Assembly: GCF_964355755.1 (NCBI RefSeq)
Contig: NC_092678.1
Span: 9,192,422-9,256,421, forward strand
Direction: 5' to 3'
DNA: 64,000 nt
From: Antedon mediterranea
Lineage: Eukaryota; Animalia; Echinodermata
In this document: piece after piece, positions 12,601-27,300 of the stretch
Numbering within the stretch: position 1 is the first letter of the stretch
Layout: every line of letters starts with the position of its first letter
The notes under the pieces: generated by a model
Seen by the model: only the letters and a program-made list of their open reading frames with translations
What the model was told of the DNA's origin: nothing
The model's database searches: none
Made by a program: the position numbers and the translations under genes

Positions 12601-14479
12601 TGAATGTGAATAAAAGTGGTGTTTGCGCCACAAAAGAGTAAAAAAAAAGTGGATTAGAGAGATGTATTTTGAATGCATCTAAAAACTGTTCTTACCTTTA
12701 TTGGGGGAGGTTTGCCCATTGTTCGTGCCTTTATTGAAAAAAGATATTGTCTCAGTCTAGTGACACTGGTATGGTACTGGTTGTCATACAGATGATGAAC
12801 AGTAGACACGGATGCCATTATTATCCTTGTAGGTATATTCTTCGATCTTGTGGAACTTTATCCCGGGGCAAAAATGGACTCTCTGATCCACTTCGTTATT
12901 GGTTTGTCGGTCGTTTTAAATATGGTATAGAATGTTTTCACGCTGCTGCTTTAGCCGGGTACGTCCCAAGAGGATTACTTTATTCAGAAGCTAAAGCAAG
13001 CAGCAGTTATAGTTCTAGAGGCTGACGTTTTTGGTACTTTGTAAACTAGGACGGGTCATGCTAAAATTACAAACCCCAAAGCACATCTGAGAGAAGAGAG
13101 TCTATGAAAGAATTTGCTGATAATACAGTATTATATAGATGCATGTAGACAGTAATCTGTAAAATCTTGTTCAATAAATAATGACTTTTTTCTTGCTGTC
13201 AACATAGGCCAGTATTATAATAATTCACTGTCAAATAATCAAAACATTATTATTTTCTGTCCCATTTGACTGTCAATCTAGACCGATATATATAATACTG
13301 TTTTTCACTGTATATCAAAACAGTCCATATACAGTAATAGTAGAGTTTTTGGTTGTAATAGAATACAATTTGTTGACACTTGAAGCATCTAGGCTTGATG
13401 AAGTGACCCCCAGACTTGATCTTAGCAATAAAATAAATTAAAGTGACAGAAATTGAGTCTGTTTAGTATAATAAAGTAATATTATTTAGACATCATCTTT
13501 CAATTTCAATTGCACAATTATGCGTTTTGGGTTAAGAAATATTTCTTGTTTAATTTGACTGCATGAATGGATTTGTTATACCATTAATTCATTTGTTTAT
13601 TATTGGCTGCCCTTCTGCAACATTCGAACATATCAGTATATCAAGCAAGCATTGGACAATGGTGTTCGATATTACTATTTATACAAGTTTATACATTTTC
13701 GTTAACTTTTAAGAATAAAAATCGACAAATTCATCCATCATATTACACATGTACTGTAGATTTATACCTGAATGATCTAAATAATATTAGACCGGCATAA
13801 AAAAAAGTGAAAAATGCCAAAAATCATACTTCCAGTCATTTGTGGACACACTTTTCCATAAGAACGAATAGTAATATGCATCTTCCAAATAATTTGACAC
13901 TATTTCATTTAGTTTATACAAATCTTTAAAACAAAGTTATAACTTGTTAAGTTTATGAAACCACATATAAATGTGGTATTTTTTGGGAAAAAATGAAGAT
14001 TGGGGGCGCTGTTCACACAAGTAAAAATACACTTTTTTGCCTGTATTTAGTTAAGTTTTCGCCATAATAATTTGAAAATGGTCTTATTTGATAGATAATT
14101 GAATTTTCTTTATATATAAAAAAAAAATAAAACTTTATATTAAATACACATAATTCTGATAAATTCATGTGAAGTGCTTAAAATCAGCAAATATATATTA
14201 ATATAAGATCTGGACTAATTTGGTCAAATAAATTCTGTGTGCACTAACATTTATTATTTATTTCATTCCAGACCAACAGCGAATCATCGCAACTAACAGG
14301 CTGATTAAAATCTTAATAAAAATTACATTAGATAAAAAATTTAATCATTTAAACGAGATGACATCGAAGATAGAAAAATGATATTTCAGGTTAAAAGTGA
14401 TGTAAAATAATAGAATGGAAAAAGAAGCGATCAATATTGATGTTATACTAAGGGAATTATATTGTAATTGTGAATTATA

Positions 14480-15825
14480 TATTTTAAAATAATTAACTTA
14501 TTTGTTACTCAGTCAACTGCTCTCACAGCATTTATTTGGTCAAATAAAATCAGAAATTCTTTTCTGTACACTATAACATTTAATAATAAATAAAACTATA
14601 CAATGTTCACACACTTTTTTTTGTCTTTTTTTTAATGAAACCATAGAACTGACTATAAGTACGGTCATTTCAGTAAATCCGACACGCCCTTCTGTCAGTG
14701 ATGGTATTCTGTTTAATAATGCGTGTGTCTTTTGATCATATAAAATTGTACCCACAATATTTATTCAAAACAATTCAAATGTTATCATTTTCGATTTTCA
14801 TGTAATTATTCTTCCGAAAGTTGATTATCATTTAAAATTCGTTTACGCAATCTGGAGAAAATGTACAAAGACATCTTCAAAGAATTGGTACAAAAATACA
14901 AAAGAATATTACGCACAGAATTAATAAAGGTTATTTTTTCAAAACAAGGTTTTATTGGATGCGAAGACGAACATGACTTCCAAAAAATCCTGATTTTGTT
15001 AAAATACGCTATTTTGCCGCCAAAATCAAATTCTAATAATATATTAAAATTAGCAACTGACTGGAAAACATTAAAAGTAGCCGACCTGATTGACAAGATA
15101 AAGGATCGTGAAACCAACAAGCCATTTTACCCCTTTTGTATGATAAACTTCCACGTTTACTTTTATTGTATGTTTTGTTATGTTATGTACTGTTTTTGCC
15201 ATACGAAACATGATTAAAACAAAATAACCGGCCGTAATGAAAGAAATCGCGCAATCGATTGGTTTATTTTTTTGTAACAATTTTTTGAAGATGTCGTACA
15301 TTTTTCTCCAGATGACGTAGACAGAAAATGTGAGATGAAAGTCTTGACTAAAAACTACAATTATAACACAATCATTTTTAACTTAACATGACGATAATAA
15401 TTATTATTATTATTGCTGATTCTATGCGATATAAAATACACCATAATACTTTCTGTTCTTGCCACATCCCTCTTCTATGATTCTACTCTTTTTTTAAAGT
15501 ACGAAAGCCTAACGAATTTTAAAATGATAATCGACTTTTGCCGGAAGAATATGCATTAAACAGAATATCATCACTGACAGAAGGCATGTCGGATTACTGG
15601 AATGACCGTAGCCAATTCTATGGTTTCATTAAAAAAAAGGACGAACAAATTATCAACCAAAGAAAATAGTTGCTTTAAGTTTTATTCAATTTTAAATGTT
15701 ATAGTGCGTGTTATGTTATAGTGCGTGTTATGTGTACAAAAAGAATTTCTAATTTTATTTGACCAAATAAATGCTGTGAGAGCAGTTGACTGAGTAACAA
15801 ACGCGTTATTTATTTTGAAATGTTA
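14480..15825. mobile_element. Foldback-like element with long imperfect inverted arms
   Basis: 14500-14720 is the reverse complement of 15555-15800 (ttgttactcagtcaactgctctcacagcatttatttggtcaaataaaat); second inverted pair at 14850-14897 and 15265-15313. Confidence 0.75.
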
Positions 15826-16299
15826 TAGTGATTTATTTGACCAAATATATGCATCGGTAGCACCTCATAGTTGACCGCCAAATACAATAGACACGGATGA
15901 ACGCGTTCGTTTCGTTACTGTTACGAAGTTCAAACGCATTCGATTCTGGAATGGCGACGGCGAGAAATTTACTTTTAACTTCAATTTTATCAGTTTCTGA
16001 AAGAATTAAACCTTGAAATTTGTAATATACCATTAATAATATATTCCAAACAGGTGGCTGCTCTCTGGTGGCAGGATTAACTCATTTGTGAATACCCCTT
16101 AAGTGTTTCCCTTTGTTAATTTTAAGGGAATTCTTAAGTATTTACTAGCCTAAGTGAGATTGCTGAATACAGCCACAGTTTCTGAACTATTATTACAAAT
16201 ATGTCATGATTCTAGATGCATAACAAAAACATAGATCCATATGCTAAGGTACTTGCGCTTTATTTTTACACCAAATATACATCAACATAATTTAATTTA

Positions 16300-16990
16300 T
16301 ATAATCATAAGCTTTAACTTGATGCCAACCTTGAAATATGTATGATTTTAAGATTGTTTACACACATATTTTATCTGAGTATATATTGTTGTGGCTTAAA
16401 TAAATGATGTCATTACATTGTTCAAAATATATTTCACATGTGCTCGTGTTGGTATACATGTCATAAGCTTTAATTTGATACCAAACTTGACATTTTTTAC
16501 AAAGTTATTATTATATAATATATATTTATATAATGGGTGTGGCTTAATTAATTGCATCATTATATTGTTCAAATTATATTTATATAGTTCCGTGATGTTG
16601 TACATGTCATAAGCTTTAATTTGTACCAAACTTGCCATATATGTTTGATTTCTTAATTTTTTTCACGAATTTATGTTATATAATGGGTGTGGCTTTGATG
16701 ACGTCATTGTTTTGTGAAATTATATTTTTCTCATGTTGGTGGTATTGTACATGTCATAAGCTATAATTTAATACCAAACTTGACATATTTATGTAATTTA
16801 TATTTTTTTATATTTTTACATCTGCAGCTACATAATATATTTAAAATGGGCGTGGTCAAAATGACGTTATTAAATAGTTTTTTTTTGGGCACTCCTTCTA
16901 GAATTGTTAGTTAGGTCCTAAAGAAGGTTTCTGCCAAGTTTGGTGCTTTTGTCACAAAGTGCATAAAAAAAGTGCTAAGCGACCTGACTA
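16300..16990. mobile_element. Non-autonomous DNA element with about 150-bp internal tandem units (Academ-like end)
   Basis: tcataagctttaatttgataccaaacttg recurs four times; ends gtgctaagcgacctgacta. Confidence 0.5.
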
Positions 16991-17664
16991 TATTTGCATA
17001 TCTCCAACCACTCAGACAGTGTGCTTGGTCATGAATTGACAATGGACAATTCTCCACTTGGTTCCTTGCACTTGCGTAAGACATCAACGTCACATTGAGA
17101 GGTATTGTTGTGCAACCAAAGAACAGTCCTGTCCCTTTTGTGACTGAACTGATAAACATTTCCTAAAACGGCTGGTTCCTCTGGTCTTTGGTATCTTTCC
17201 TGATTGTTGCGCCTCATTTTTTATTTCTTACTTTTTATTATCTGTGCTTGTGTGTAAAGTAATTTTATACGAATTTTTTTGTCATTCACATGCATTTCAG
17301 CCTTGTAATGGCAATGTTTTTTTATGTGCAATCTTTAAATAAATACACCGAGATATAATATCATTAATGCCAAATTGTTTCATGGTTAAACAACATGCAT
17401 CTTAAATGTTTAATGCCATTTATGTGTGTCTAAATGTTTCTTGTTTTTTTCTTTTCAACCAGACACTATTATCCAAACCAAACATCCTGAACCAACTAAT
17501 AGTGTCAATGTTCTTGATTTTAAACTTTTCAAAAGTATAAAAAACACATATTAACGCAAATAGCAGAAAAGAAAAACTTTATTGCTTACTATCAAAATAT
17601 TACACAGAAATACATTGTTTCACCTGGGTAAAACGAAAAGCTTGGTACAGTAATACTTTGAAAT

Positions 17665-18333
17665 CTAAACAAGCTTCAATTGGCTAATCAGCATTAAATG
17701 ATCAGAAGGGTTAAATTCCTCTTGTATTATTGCATTTATTGAAGATAATGAATCTTTTAAAATATTTAGGCATAAAACATAAATTCCTATAACAAAACAA
17801 AGATTTAAAATAATCATAAATATGATTGGAATACGATAGAAGCATAAACAAAAATACATCCACCAATTTCTGCACATTTTCTTTTCTTTGGAATAAAAAT
17901 ATTTTTGTTTTTTTTGCACTAAGTTACCCAAATTACAAGTTTTAAAGGGTTTTATAAAATTGATAATTGTATAAAAAATGTTAAAAATTATGTAAAGAGT
18001 TACAATAGCAAGAGTGATGATTTTTCTAAAAACCGTACTACTACATTCTGAGCAGTTTGGTAGAAGACAGTCATTTTTGTCACCACCAGCTACACATATT
18101 CCGCAGCGGCAAGATGCATGCGGGCCACAGTCAAAATAACATGAACTTCCTGAGTAAGCATAATAAGATGATTTTGCACTTTTGAACAATGACCAGTAAC
18201 GATTCCATAGAATTTGATTTTCAAACTGGTTTTTGTATTCACTACCAACACCTGCAAGTTGAGCGTTTAAAACCACTGCACAGTTATGACTTACTAGTAT
18301 ACGATCTGGTCTACTTTCAAATCCTGGTTCAGG
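17665..18333 (-). CDS. EEP gene last coding exon (RPDRIL motif, Cys-rich module, 2 TM, SDH)
   Basis: Acceptor cttatttag, then [18 protein letters not shown] in frame with ORF 17665-18276. Confidence 0.85.
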   Translation of the reverse strand, partial: PEPGFESRPDRILVSHNCAVVLNAQLAGVGSEYKNQFENQILWNRYWSLFKSAKSSYYAYSGSSCYFDCGPHASCRCGICVAGGDKNDCLLPNCSECSSTVFRKIITLAIVTLYIIFNIFYTIINFIKPFKTCNLGNLVQKKQKYFYSKEKKMCRNWWMYFCLCFYRIPIIFMIILNLCFVIGIYVLCLNILKDSLSSINAIIQEEFNPSDHLMLISQLKLV

Positions 18334-21300
18334 CTAAATAAGAGAAATAATATCTTTATTTAAGATGTACCTGTATTGTCTCTCAAAAACATGAAAAAAG
18401 AAAAATAATAAAATCAGACTTCGAATAGGCCATTTTGTAGTTTTAACAAAGTTAATTATTTCCATAGGAAAAACGACTGAAAAAATAATGTTTTCACCTA
18501 TAAAATGGCAAAATCAATCAAAAGCCCAATGGCTGGCAGCCAATTTGACTATTTTTTTGCTTTAAATTACATTTTATCTGATAAATACATTTTATTTTGA
18601 TCTGAAGTGAATAAAAATTATGTGTCATTAAAATGGCATATTCTACAAAAAATGTTGAAAAAAATATTTTTTTTAGGGGGACAATATATCTTTAAATATT
18701 ATGTCAATCTTAGAACATGTAAGATTTGGTTTGGCTGGTTGAGCGAGTGGCCGAGAATCATAATACGTAGCCAAGGGTTCAAGGGCACCCTCGCTCCATG
18801 GTCGACTCGAACGAGTCTTCTCGGATAAGGACTATTAAACCGTAGGTCTAGTGTACACATCTAGCTGATGTGCCCTTTATAAGAACTTAGTACATCTTTC
18901 AAGATTTTGCAGAAAAAATCAATTAAAACTAGAAAAAAGCAAATGTAAACGAAATTGTGTTTAGTGTTCTGTTTCGTTTAACAACAATGCAAATCAAAGC
19001 AATCGACGGTTTCACAACACACGGGCATATCTCACAAAAATTACGACGCTGTGCCCGAATTGGACTTATTTAAACAAAAATCTTATAGATCAGCGTTCCA
19101 CAACCTTTTTGACTGCGACCCCGAATCTAAATCATGGAAATGTTCATGACTCTAAATCATATAGATAATGCAGTTAGGCATATAAAGATGAAAATATCGG
19201 GGCCGCGAGACGTAGACATGAGGACCTTTTCTATTTTCGTATCTGGGTGTATAATTATGTTGATTGTTAGAAGATTGAAACCAGACCCCAACCGATTGAC
19301 TCAGTTTAGGACCATTCGGCCAACAAGATTTTAACACGGACAATCAGACCACAAACCTGCCACAAACGATCAAGTACAGATAATCGGGCCTAAAACCTTG
19401 TAAAGCCTGTTTAGGGCAATTGCTTTAGACTTTATTCACACAAAAAATCGAAAAAAGGTGTCAGTGTATGCGCAACATGCATATTTTCATCAACTGAATA
19501 AATTAATAATGAACTAGAAAGCCACTCCGAAAAAAAAAAATATATACATATAATTATTTGTGTGTGAATGCTGTTTGTGATTTAGGCTAATTTGATTACA
19601 AGCATGTATGCGAGTTTGGTGTAGTGGTTATGTAACAAGCCTTTCAATTAACAATAGCTTCAGCTGAACTAACAATAGAACAGCAACGCGAAAATCAAAC
19701 GAGTGAAATTGAAAAGAAATAGGTTTTTTAAACTAGTCCCAAAAAAAAATGTGCACATTAAATCAAATTATGTTTTAAAATTACAAATCACAAATTATAA
19801 CTCTTGCCTCTTGTACAAAAATTAAGTTTTTTGGACAAGTAGTTCTCAAGATTTTCAGTTAATTTTTACTTTAAGACTGCTCGCCGGATTTTGAAAAATT
19901 CTGTCCTATCTTTTAACACTAGCAGGTCTGAAAAGTATACTAAAAAGTGGTCCAGAATTGGGACCATGGTCCCAAAATTTAATGGAATGGTCCTTGACCA
20001 CATATCTATCTGAATATTTTGGTAAAGATCTTGTAATTACTTTTTGAGTAATCCTGCTAACAAACAAACAGACAAACGAACACACGCGATCGATTACATA
20101 TACCTCCTTGGCGGAGGTATAAATGCACAACTAATCAGAACTCAGGAATGTTCAATTCGCATGAATAATACTAGGTACTTGAACACAGGCTTTTACGTTC
20201 GGCCAACCATTATTTGTCTACGTCATAAAAGGGGATTCCCCACTTGCAGTTGACAACCAATTGTGCTCAGTCTTCCGTTTCCCATTATGTGTGTATAGTA
20301 GACCTACGCTAAAAGCACCAAAAGGGGACAGAAACTGTTAATTAAATCAAATCAGTTATAAGTGTGTATACGTGACCACATTTCGCGACCCGGTTTAAAT
20401 TTGTTTCGCAACCCACAACAATAGGTAGCAGAATGGCGTCATAGATGGCCACCTGTGTTAATAAATTTTCGGCGGAAAAAGTATGTTTAATTTGCTGATC
20501 CCTAGCGCGCTACATATGATTAGTGTCATTTAGATTTTGACTTGTTTTGATGTTGTGCTCGTTTATTTTAATGTTTTGTTATGATGTATTGTGTGGCTCT
20601 CAATTTTTGATGTTATTTTATGCTTGTAATGTTACTTGTTTATTTAATAAAGATAGGTAGTAGTCGTGACTTGATTAGTGTTTCATTTATTACATCTCAA
20701 CCATCTTGGTTCTCCTACATCAAGTGATGCCATGAGGCATTGCTCACTCAACTGTACACTAACTATAGAGGGCTCACTCTATACTTACAATATCATAGCC
20801 TTAACTATATGCTATCATTACATCTCCCTTTTTTTTTAAATTATAAAGTTAATTACTGTTCATCTAAATCTACTAACTAACAACACTCTAACAATATCTT
20901 TTCCTTTGTTCACAAAACAAAAACTATTACATCTTTCTTCTCTTACATATATATCCTAACAATCTTTATTTACAAAACCTCAACAGGCAAAAGCTCTTTC
21001 CTAACATACATACAGTACATTACATATAATGCTGTTTATGTTGTGCTCAGAGGTAGACTATTCTGGCACACAATTTAGGGGTTATTCTGCCCTTAGTTCA
21101 CAAATCTAGTTTTATCAATTGTTTTCTGTTGCGTTTAGGGTAGCGACGTGTTTCTTGTGTGGTGTTTGGTTCTATTATATGTGATGTCTGTGAATCCTGC
21201 GAACTTGTTACTTTAATGATATCTCTGCGATTGCGTCTATAATATTTTCCATCGCTTTCAACTGTGTATGATCGTGGACTTTCTTGTCTCTCAACGATTG

Positions 21301-24300
21301 TTGCTGGTTTCCACTGACAATCTTTTCGCACATAAATTCTATCTCCAACTTTAAGTGTCTTTAGCGGTTTTGTTCCTTTGTCGTAATAGTTCTTTTGTTT
21401 TGCTTTGTTTTGTTTTAATTGTCTCATGTTGTTTGTTACTTTTGGTTTCAGCAGTTTCGTAGACGTTGGTAAATGTGTTTTTGTTCTACGGCCCATTAGC
21501 ATTTGTACTGGTGATGGTAATCCATCTCTAGGTGTATTGCGGTAACTTAATAGCGCTAAATATGGATCTTGTTTATCTTCTCTCGCTTTTTTGAGTATCA
21601 TTTTCGCGGTTTGAACTGCTTTTTCGGCTCTTCCATTTGCTTGCGGATAAAATGGGGATGCTGTTGTATGTTTAAAATCATACACTTTGCCAAAATTTTG
21701 AAATTCCATTGACGCAAATTGTGGTCCATTATCAGAAATTACTTCTTCTGGTATCCCATGTCTAGCAAATTGTTGCTTGCAAAATTTTATAACTGAGCTA
21801 GATTTCGTGCTTTTTAACATGTTTATTTCGAAATATCCTGAATAATAGTCTACGATTATTAGGTATTCCTCAGCTTCTAGTGTGAATAGGTCCATGCCCA
21901 CTTTCTGCCATGGTCTTGATGGTATTTGATGGGCTACCATTGGTTCTTTTTGGTTTTTCATTCGGTGTTTTAGGCATATTTCACATTTTCCTACTGTGTC
22001 TGTCACTTGGGCATTTATTCCTGGCCAGAAGATTAAATCTCGTGCAAGTTTCTTTGTTTTTTCAATACCTTGGTGACTAGCATGCAATTTACTCAACATC
22101 AGTTTACGTTGTGTCGCTGGTATGATTAATCTGTTATTTTTGAATAGCATATCTCCTTCTACTAAGATTTCATCTCTATAATCCCAATATGGTTTAACAT
22201 CTGGTTCTAGGATAGCTTTGTTCTCTGGCCATCCATTTATTACTACGTCCTTTAATTTACTTAAAGCTGTATCCTTTACTGTTTCATTCTTTATTTCTAC
22301 TAGTCTTTCTTTTGTCATTTGTAGGTTGTTAATCATGTAAAGCGGAATGCTAAACTGTTCTGTTTCTATATCTGGTAGATGATTTCTACTCAATGCATCT
22401 GCTATATACAACTCTTTGCCTCTCTTATAAACTAGTTCCAGCTTGTATTTCTGTAGCTTTAATAACATTTTCTGTAGTCTTGGTGGTGTTAGTGCTAGTG
22501 CTTTTTTCATTATCGATTCTAAGGGTTTATGGTCGCTTTCTACGATAAATTCTTTGCCATACAAATATTGATGGAAACGCTCACATCCAAAAACTACAGC
22601 TGCTAATTCTTTCTCTATCTGTGCATATCTTGTTTGAGGCTCTGTAAACGCTTTTGATGCAAACGCTATCGGATGTCCATCTTGCAATAATACTGCGCCT
22701 ATACCTGTGCTTGATGCGTCAACACTTACTGTCACCGGTTTCTCTACATCATAATATTGTAAAACTGGCGCCTCTGTTACTAAGCGCTGCAACTGTCCAA
22801 AACTAATATCATGTTCTGCTTGCCATTGCCACATAGTATTTTTCTCTAACAGTTGTCTTAATGGTTTGGTTACATTACTTAAATTTGGTATAAATTTACC
22901 AAGATAATTTATCATTCCAAGAAACTGTTGTAACTCTTTCTTATTATTAGGTTTGTGCATTTCTTGTACTGCTTTAACTTTTCTCTCATCTGTTTTTAAA
23001 CCTTCAGATGTTAATGTGTGACCAATGTATTTTACTTCATCTAATCCAAATTTACATTTTTCTGGGTTTAATTTTAAATTTCTTTCTTTTGCTCGATTGA
23101 GAACTTTCTCAAGTCGTTCGTCATGTTGTTTCTTATCTATACCCCATACTAAAATATCATCCATTATGACTTCTGTACCTTCCAAATCTTCAAACATTTG
23201 GGTCATTACTCTTTGAAAAATCTCAGGGGCTGACTTAATACCAAAAGGTAATCTAGTGTATCTATACCTTCCATTAGGACTATTAAACGTACACAACCTT
23301 GAACTATCCTCATCTAACTGTATTTGCCAATACCCACTACTGGCATCTAAAGTGCTGAACACTTTTGCATTAGGTAGTTTAGTTATTACTTCTTCTATCG
23401 TTTTCATTGGGTAATGCTGTCTTTCAAGAGCGTCGTTCAAATTTTTTGGATCTATACATATACGTACACTATCTTTATTTTTTTTTTTAACTACTACCAT
23501 ACTGCTCACCCATTGGGTAGGGTCATTTTGTTTCACTATTACCCCTTTACTTTCCATATTATTCAACTCCTTTAATACTTTCTTTCTTATTGGAATAGGT
23601 ACTGATCTTGGCGGATGAATTACCGGTTTTGCATCTTCTTTTACATGCAACTTTTGTACACCCCCAATACAACCTAAACCTTTAAATACATCGTATTTAG
23701 ATTTCAAATCATTGTAGTCACTATTAGTTTCTATTCTTTCTACTCTCTTCACCAAGTTTAGTCTTTCACAAGCCTGCAGTCCCAATACAGGATGAACTGC
23801 TTTATTCATGACTTGGAACTCTAATTCATAGTATTTATGTTTGTTTTCACAGAGTAGTGTTACTTTACCAACTGGTCTTATCTTTTCACCAGAGTATGTT
23901 ATAAGCCTTGCATTTGTTTTATTTACTGGAATCTTTAATTCTTGTACTATACTTTCTGTTATCACATTACACTGAGCTCCAGTATCAATTTTCAACTTTA
24001 CTACCTTATGTTTGCTATCACGGTTATAGATCTTTAAATTTACAGACCATTCTTTGGTGTTATCTTTATTCTCTAATGTATCCATTAGGAACTCTTCATC
24101 ACTATTTGTACTATCACTATCTATTTCTTCTAGTACTTCTATTTTTTTTTTCTTAGGCCTATATGGCTTTCTTTTATCTTTACTCCTACATTTTATAGCA
24201 AAATGATTATTTCTTCCACATGATTTACATTGTTTGCCATATGCTGGACAATTTTTATACTCATGAGTTTTACCACATTGCCTACAATCCCTTATAACAC

Positions 24301-27300
24301 CAGTTTTATTGTATGAACTACTAGCAGCACTACTACTAGCTTTTTTGTACTTATATTCTGTTTTAAGCTTATTTATTTCACTCTCTTCTATCACTTCACT
24401 GTTGCCCGTTTTTGATGCATCTTTCATTACACATCTTTGTTTGCGGCTAATCTCTGCAGCTTGGCATATTTCTACTGCTTTCTGTAGCGTTAAATCATTT
24501 TCACGAAGTAACCTCTCTCTTACAGTATCACTTCGAATTCCTACTACTATTCTGTCCTTTATTAAGCTATCATGTAAATTATCAAATTCACACGTTCTTG
24601 CTTTACTTCTTAAATCAGTTATGAATTGATCAAACCCTTCACCTTCCTTTTGTATTCTTGTATTAAACTTATGCCTTTCATACGTTATGTTCCTTTGGGG
24701 CTCAAAATGTGCTTTAAATTTCTGAAGAATTACCTCTACATCTTCAGCATCTTCGTCAGCTGTAAATACAAATGTGTTGAATATGTCTAGTGCCTCCTCG
24801 CCTATTACATGCAATAGTGTACTACACTTTACCTTTGCTGGCTTTCTATCTAGGCCACTAGCTGTAATGTACAACCCAAAACGTTGACTCCATTTTCTCC
24901 ATTCTTCTGCCATATTATTACTGACACTTACTTTCAAAGATTCTGGAGGTTTTAATCCATTCATTCTGACACCATGTAATGTTACTTGTTTATTTAATAA
25001 AGATAGGTAGTAGTCGTGACTTGATTAGTGTTTCATTTATTACATCTCAACCATCTTGGTTCTCCTACATCAAGTGATGCCATGAGGCATTGCTCACTCA
25101 ACTGTACACTAACTATAGAGGGCTCACTCTATACTTACAATATCATAGCCTTAACTATATGCTATCATTACAATGCTATCTTTTTAAAACATTTTAAATA
25201 TTTTAAGTACCTTTTAATAATGTAAAAATTGTCACAATTCAGTTTTTCTGTGAAGATGATTTTTAAAAATATACCATTATGAATGAATGAATGAATTTCT
25301 GGCCTACTAGTGGTTCCATATAATTAATTTGATGTGCGAGAATATCATTTCCATCTAGAGGTGGGTGAAGGGTCACTCAATCTCTCATTCTGGTAAAACA
25401 AACAAACAAATCCTAGATTCGCCCTTGGGTTACCCTGGTGTAATAATACACACACAGTGAGAGTGAGTGAGTGGCCGAGCGGTTAAGACAGCGGAACCGT
25501 AATCACGTAGCCATAACATCGGCAGGGGTTCGAGGCTCACTCACTCCATGGTTCTGTTGGTAGAACGAGTCTTCTCGGATAAGGACTATAAACCGTAGGT
25601 CCAGTGTACACAACTTGCTCGTGTGCACTTTAAAGAACCTAGTACATCTTTCGAGACGAGTAGGGGGTTACCCCGGTGTAGTAGTACATCACAGGCACTG
25701 ATCACCAACTGGGCCCTCTGGGAGATCAGTCTTTGACTGAAGAGGTCACCCAGTATAAAGATAAAACAAACAAACAAAACAAAACACAGCCACTGACACA
25801 CAGAGGCTACCCAGTATAAAGAATAAAATAAAATGGTTGAGGCAGTTCCTGTTAATAAGGACTTTATTCGGTAGTTAATCTAATCAGGTCCCATGGTTTA
25901 GTTTGATTGAAAAAAGACCTGCTGCTAATGAGGATTTGGAAAGAATGGAATTTAACTTACCATATTACTAAAAGTGTAACCTTTATCAGTAGGATAAGCT
26001 TGTGTCCACACATCAATGTAAGTTTCATCAATCTCCACTTGGTTGCGACGACCATGTTGGTGGAAGGTAGAGCATTTGTTTGTGATGGAAAACTTACCTG
26101 CTTTTAGGGCAAGTACCGGCCATTCGTAGTTAGTGTAGGTGTTGAAATCCCCTAATATTATTGAACAACTGGTTGAGTGTTCTAGAGAATTTATATAAAA
26201 ATATATTAGTATACTATTATTCAACTAGATTTGAACTCTTCACTTTGACGAGTTAGTTATCCGCACGACAAACGCCACGTGCACGTTATACGTTGGAATG
26301 TTGCACACAGAAAAAAGATTATGGCATTATGACCTGAACTGAAGAACATGATATGTTGTTAGTGCTGAATTCTGTCTATTTTGTATCATATAGTATATTT
26401 AGCATAATCAACGTATAATCTGTATACATATTAGTATTACATACAGTGTAGAATAGGTGAAATTACGGGACACGCCATTTATTTATATTTTTAACATGGC
26501 GACGGTATCAAAATGAAACACTCAAGATAGCAATTTGGGAAGGAAATTATCTCAGGAACAACATATTAACATGTAGACAAAATTTGAATACGTAAAATAT
26601 AGATGCGCGCTCGTTTAAATGTGATGAACTATTACGCAAAAGGTGAAAATATGATGTTTTTTATTCAACTGGCCATATGATGATGTCACAATATCTGATT
26701 GGCAAAATGTTCACATGAATTCGTATACAATCAAATAGCTTCCAGAAAACGTTTTAATCATGATTTTAACTTTTTATTCTGATGAGCTATAAAAGATTGA
26801 AATTTACTGTAAAGATGAAAATAAGGGACCCACGTTATTTATATTTTTAGACATGATGACGTCATAAAAATTAAAATATTTTTAACTCATGCAAAAGATA
26901 GTTGATTGACCTAGACAATATCAAAATCGGGGTGAAAATGGAAAAAGAATAAGAAGAGATGCGCTCTATTAAATGTGATGAGCTATGACGAAAGACACAA
27001 AAATTCTATATTTTATATTCACGTGGCCATACGATGATGTCACAATGTCCGGTTAGCCATATTAATGCATGATCCGATATCTACAACTCATCAACTTCCA
27101 GAATATGTAATAAAATTAACTTTCATAGTTTAGTTTAGAAATTATGACTGTTTAAAAAATGGCATAATTTTGACGTTTATTTTTTTTTATCAAAAACGAG
27201 CGCAAATTGGCCAATTCTATGTGCTCGTATGACATAATTTTAAGTCGAAATTGTTTAAAAGTCGGTAAAATTACTAGAAAAGGCTGGAAAAAATCACTCG

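Larger units (their letters stand above)
20625..25172 (-). mobile_element. Full-length Ty3/Gypsy (Mag-type) LTR retrotransposon
   Basis: Identical 198-bp TG..CA LTRs (20625-20822 and 24975-25172); 5-bp TSD ATGCT (20620-20624, 25173-25177); PBS TGGTGTCAGAA; polypurine tract AAAAAAAAAGGGAGA. Confidence 0.98.

Noticed and set aside
14806-15301. Protein-coding ORFs of 76-118 aa
   Set aside because: No recognisable motifs; they lie in the AT-rich interior of a foldback element.
16995-17345. Extra host exon (ORFs 16911-17217)
   Set aside because: The plus strand resembles a decayed L2-like 3' end (..KNSPVPFVTELIN* then AATAAA); too weak to call either way.
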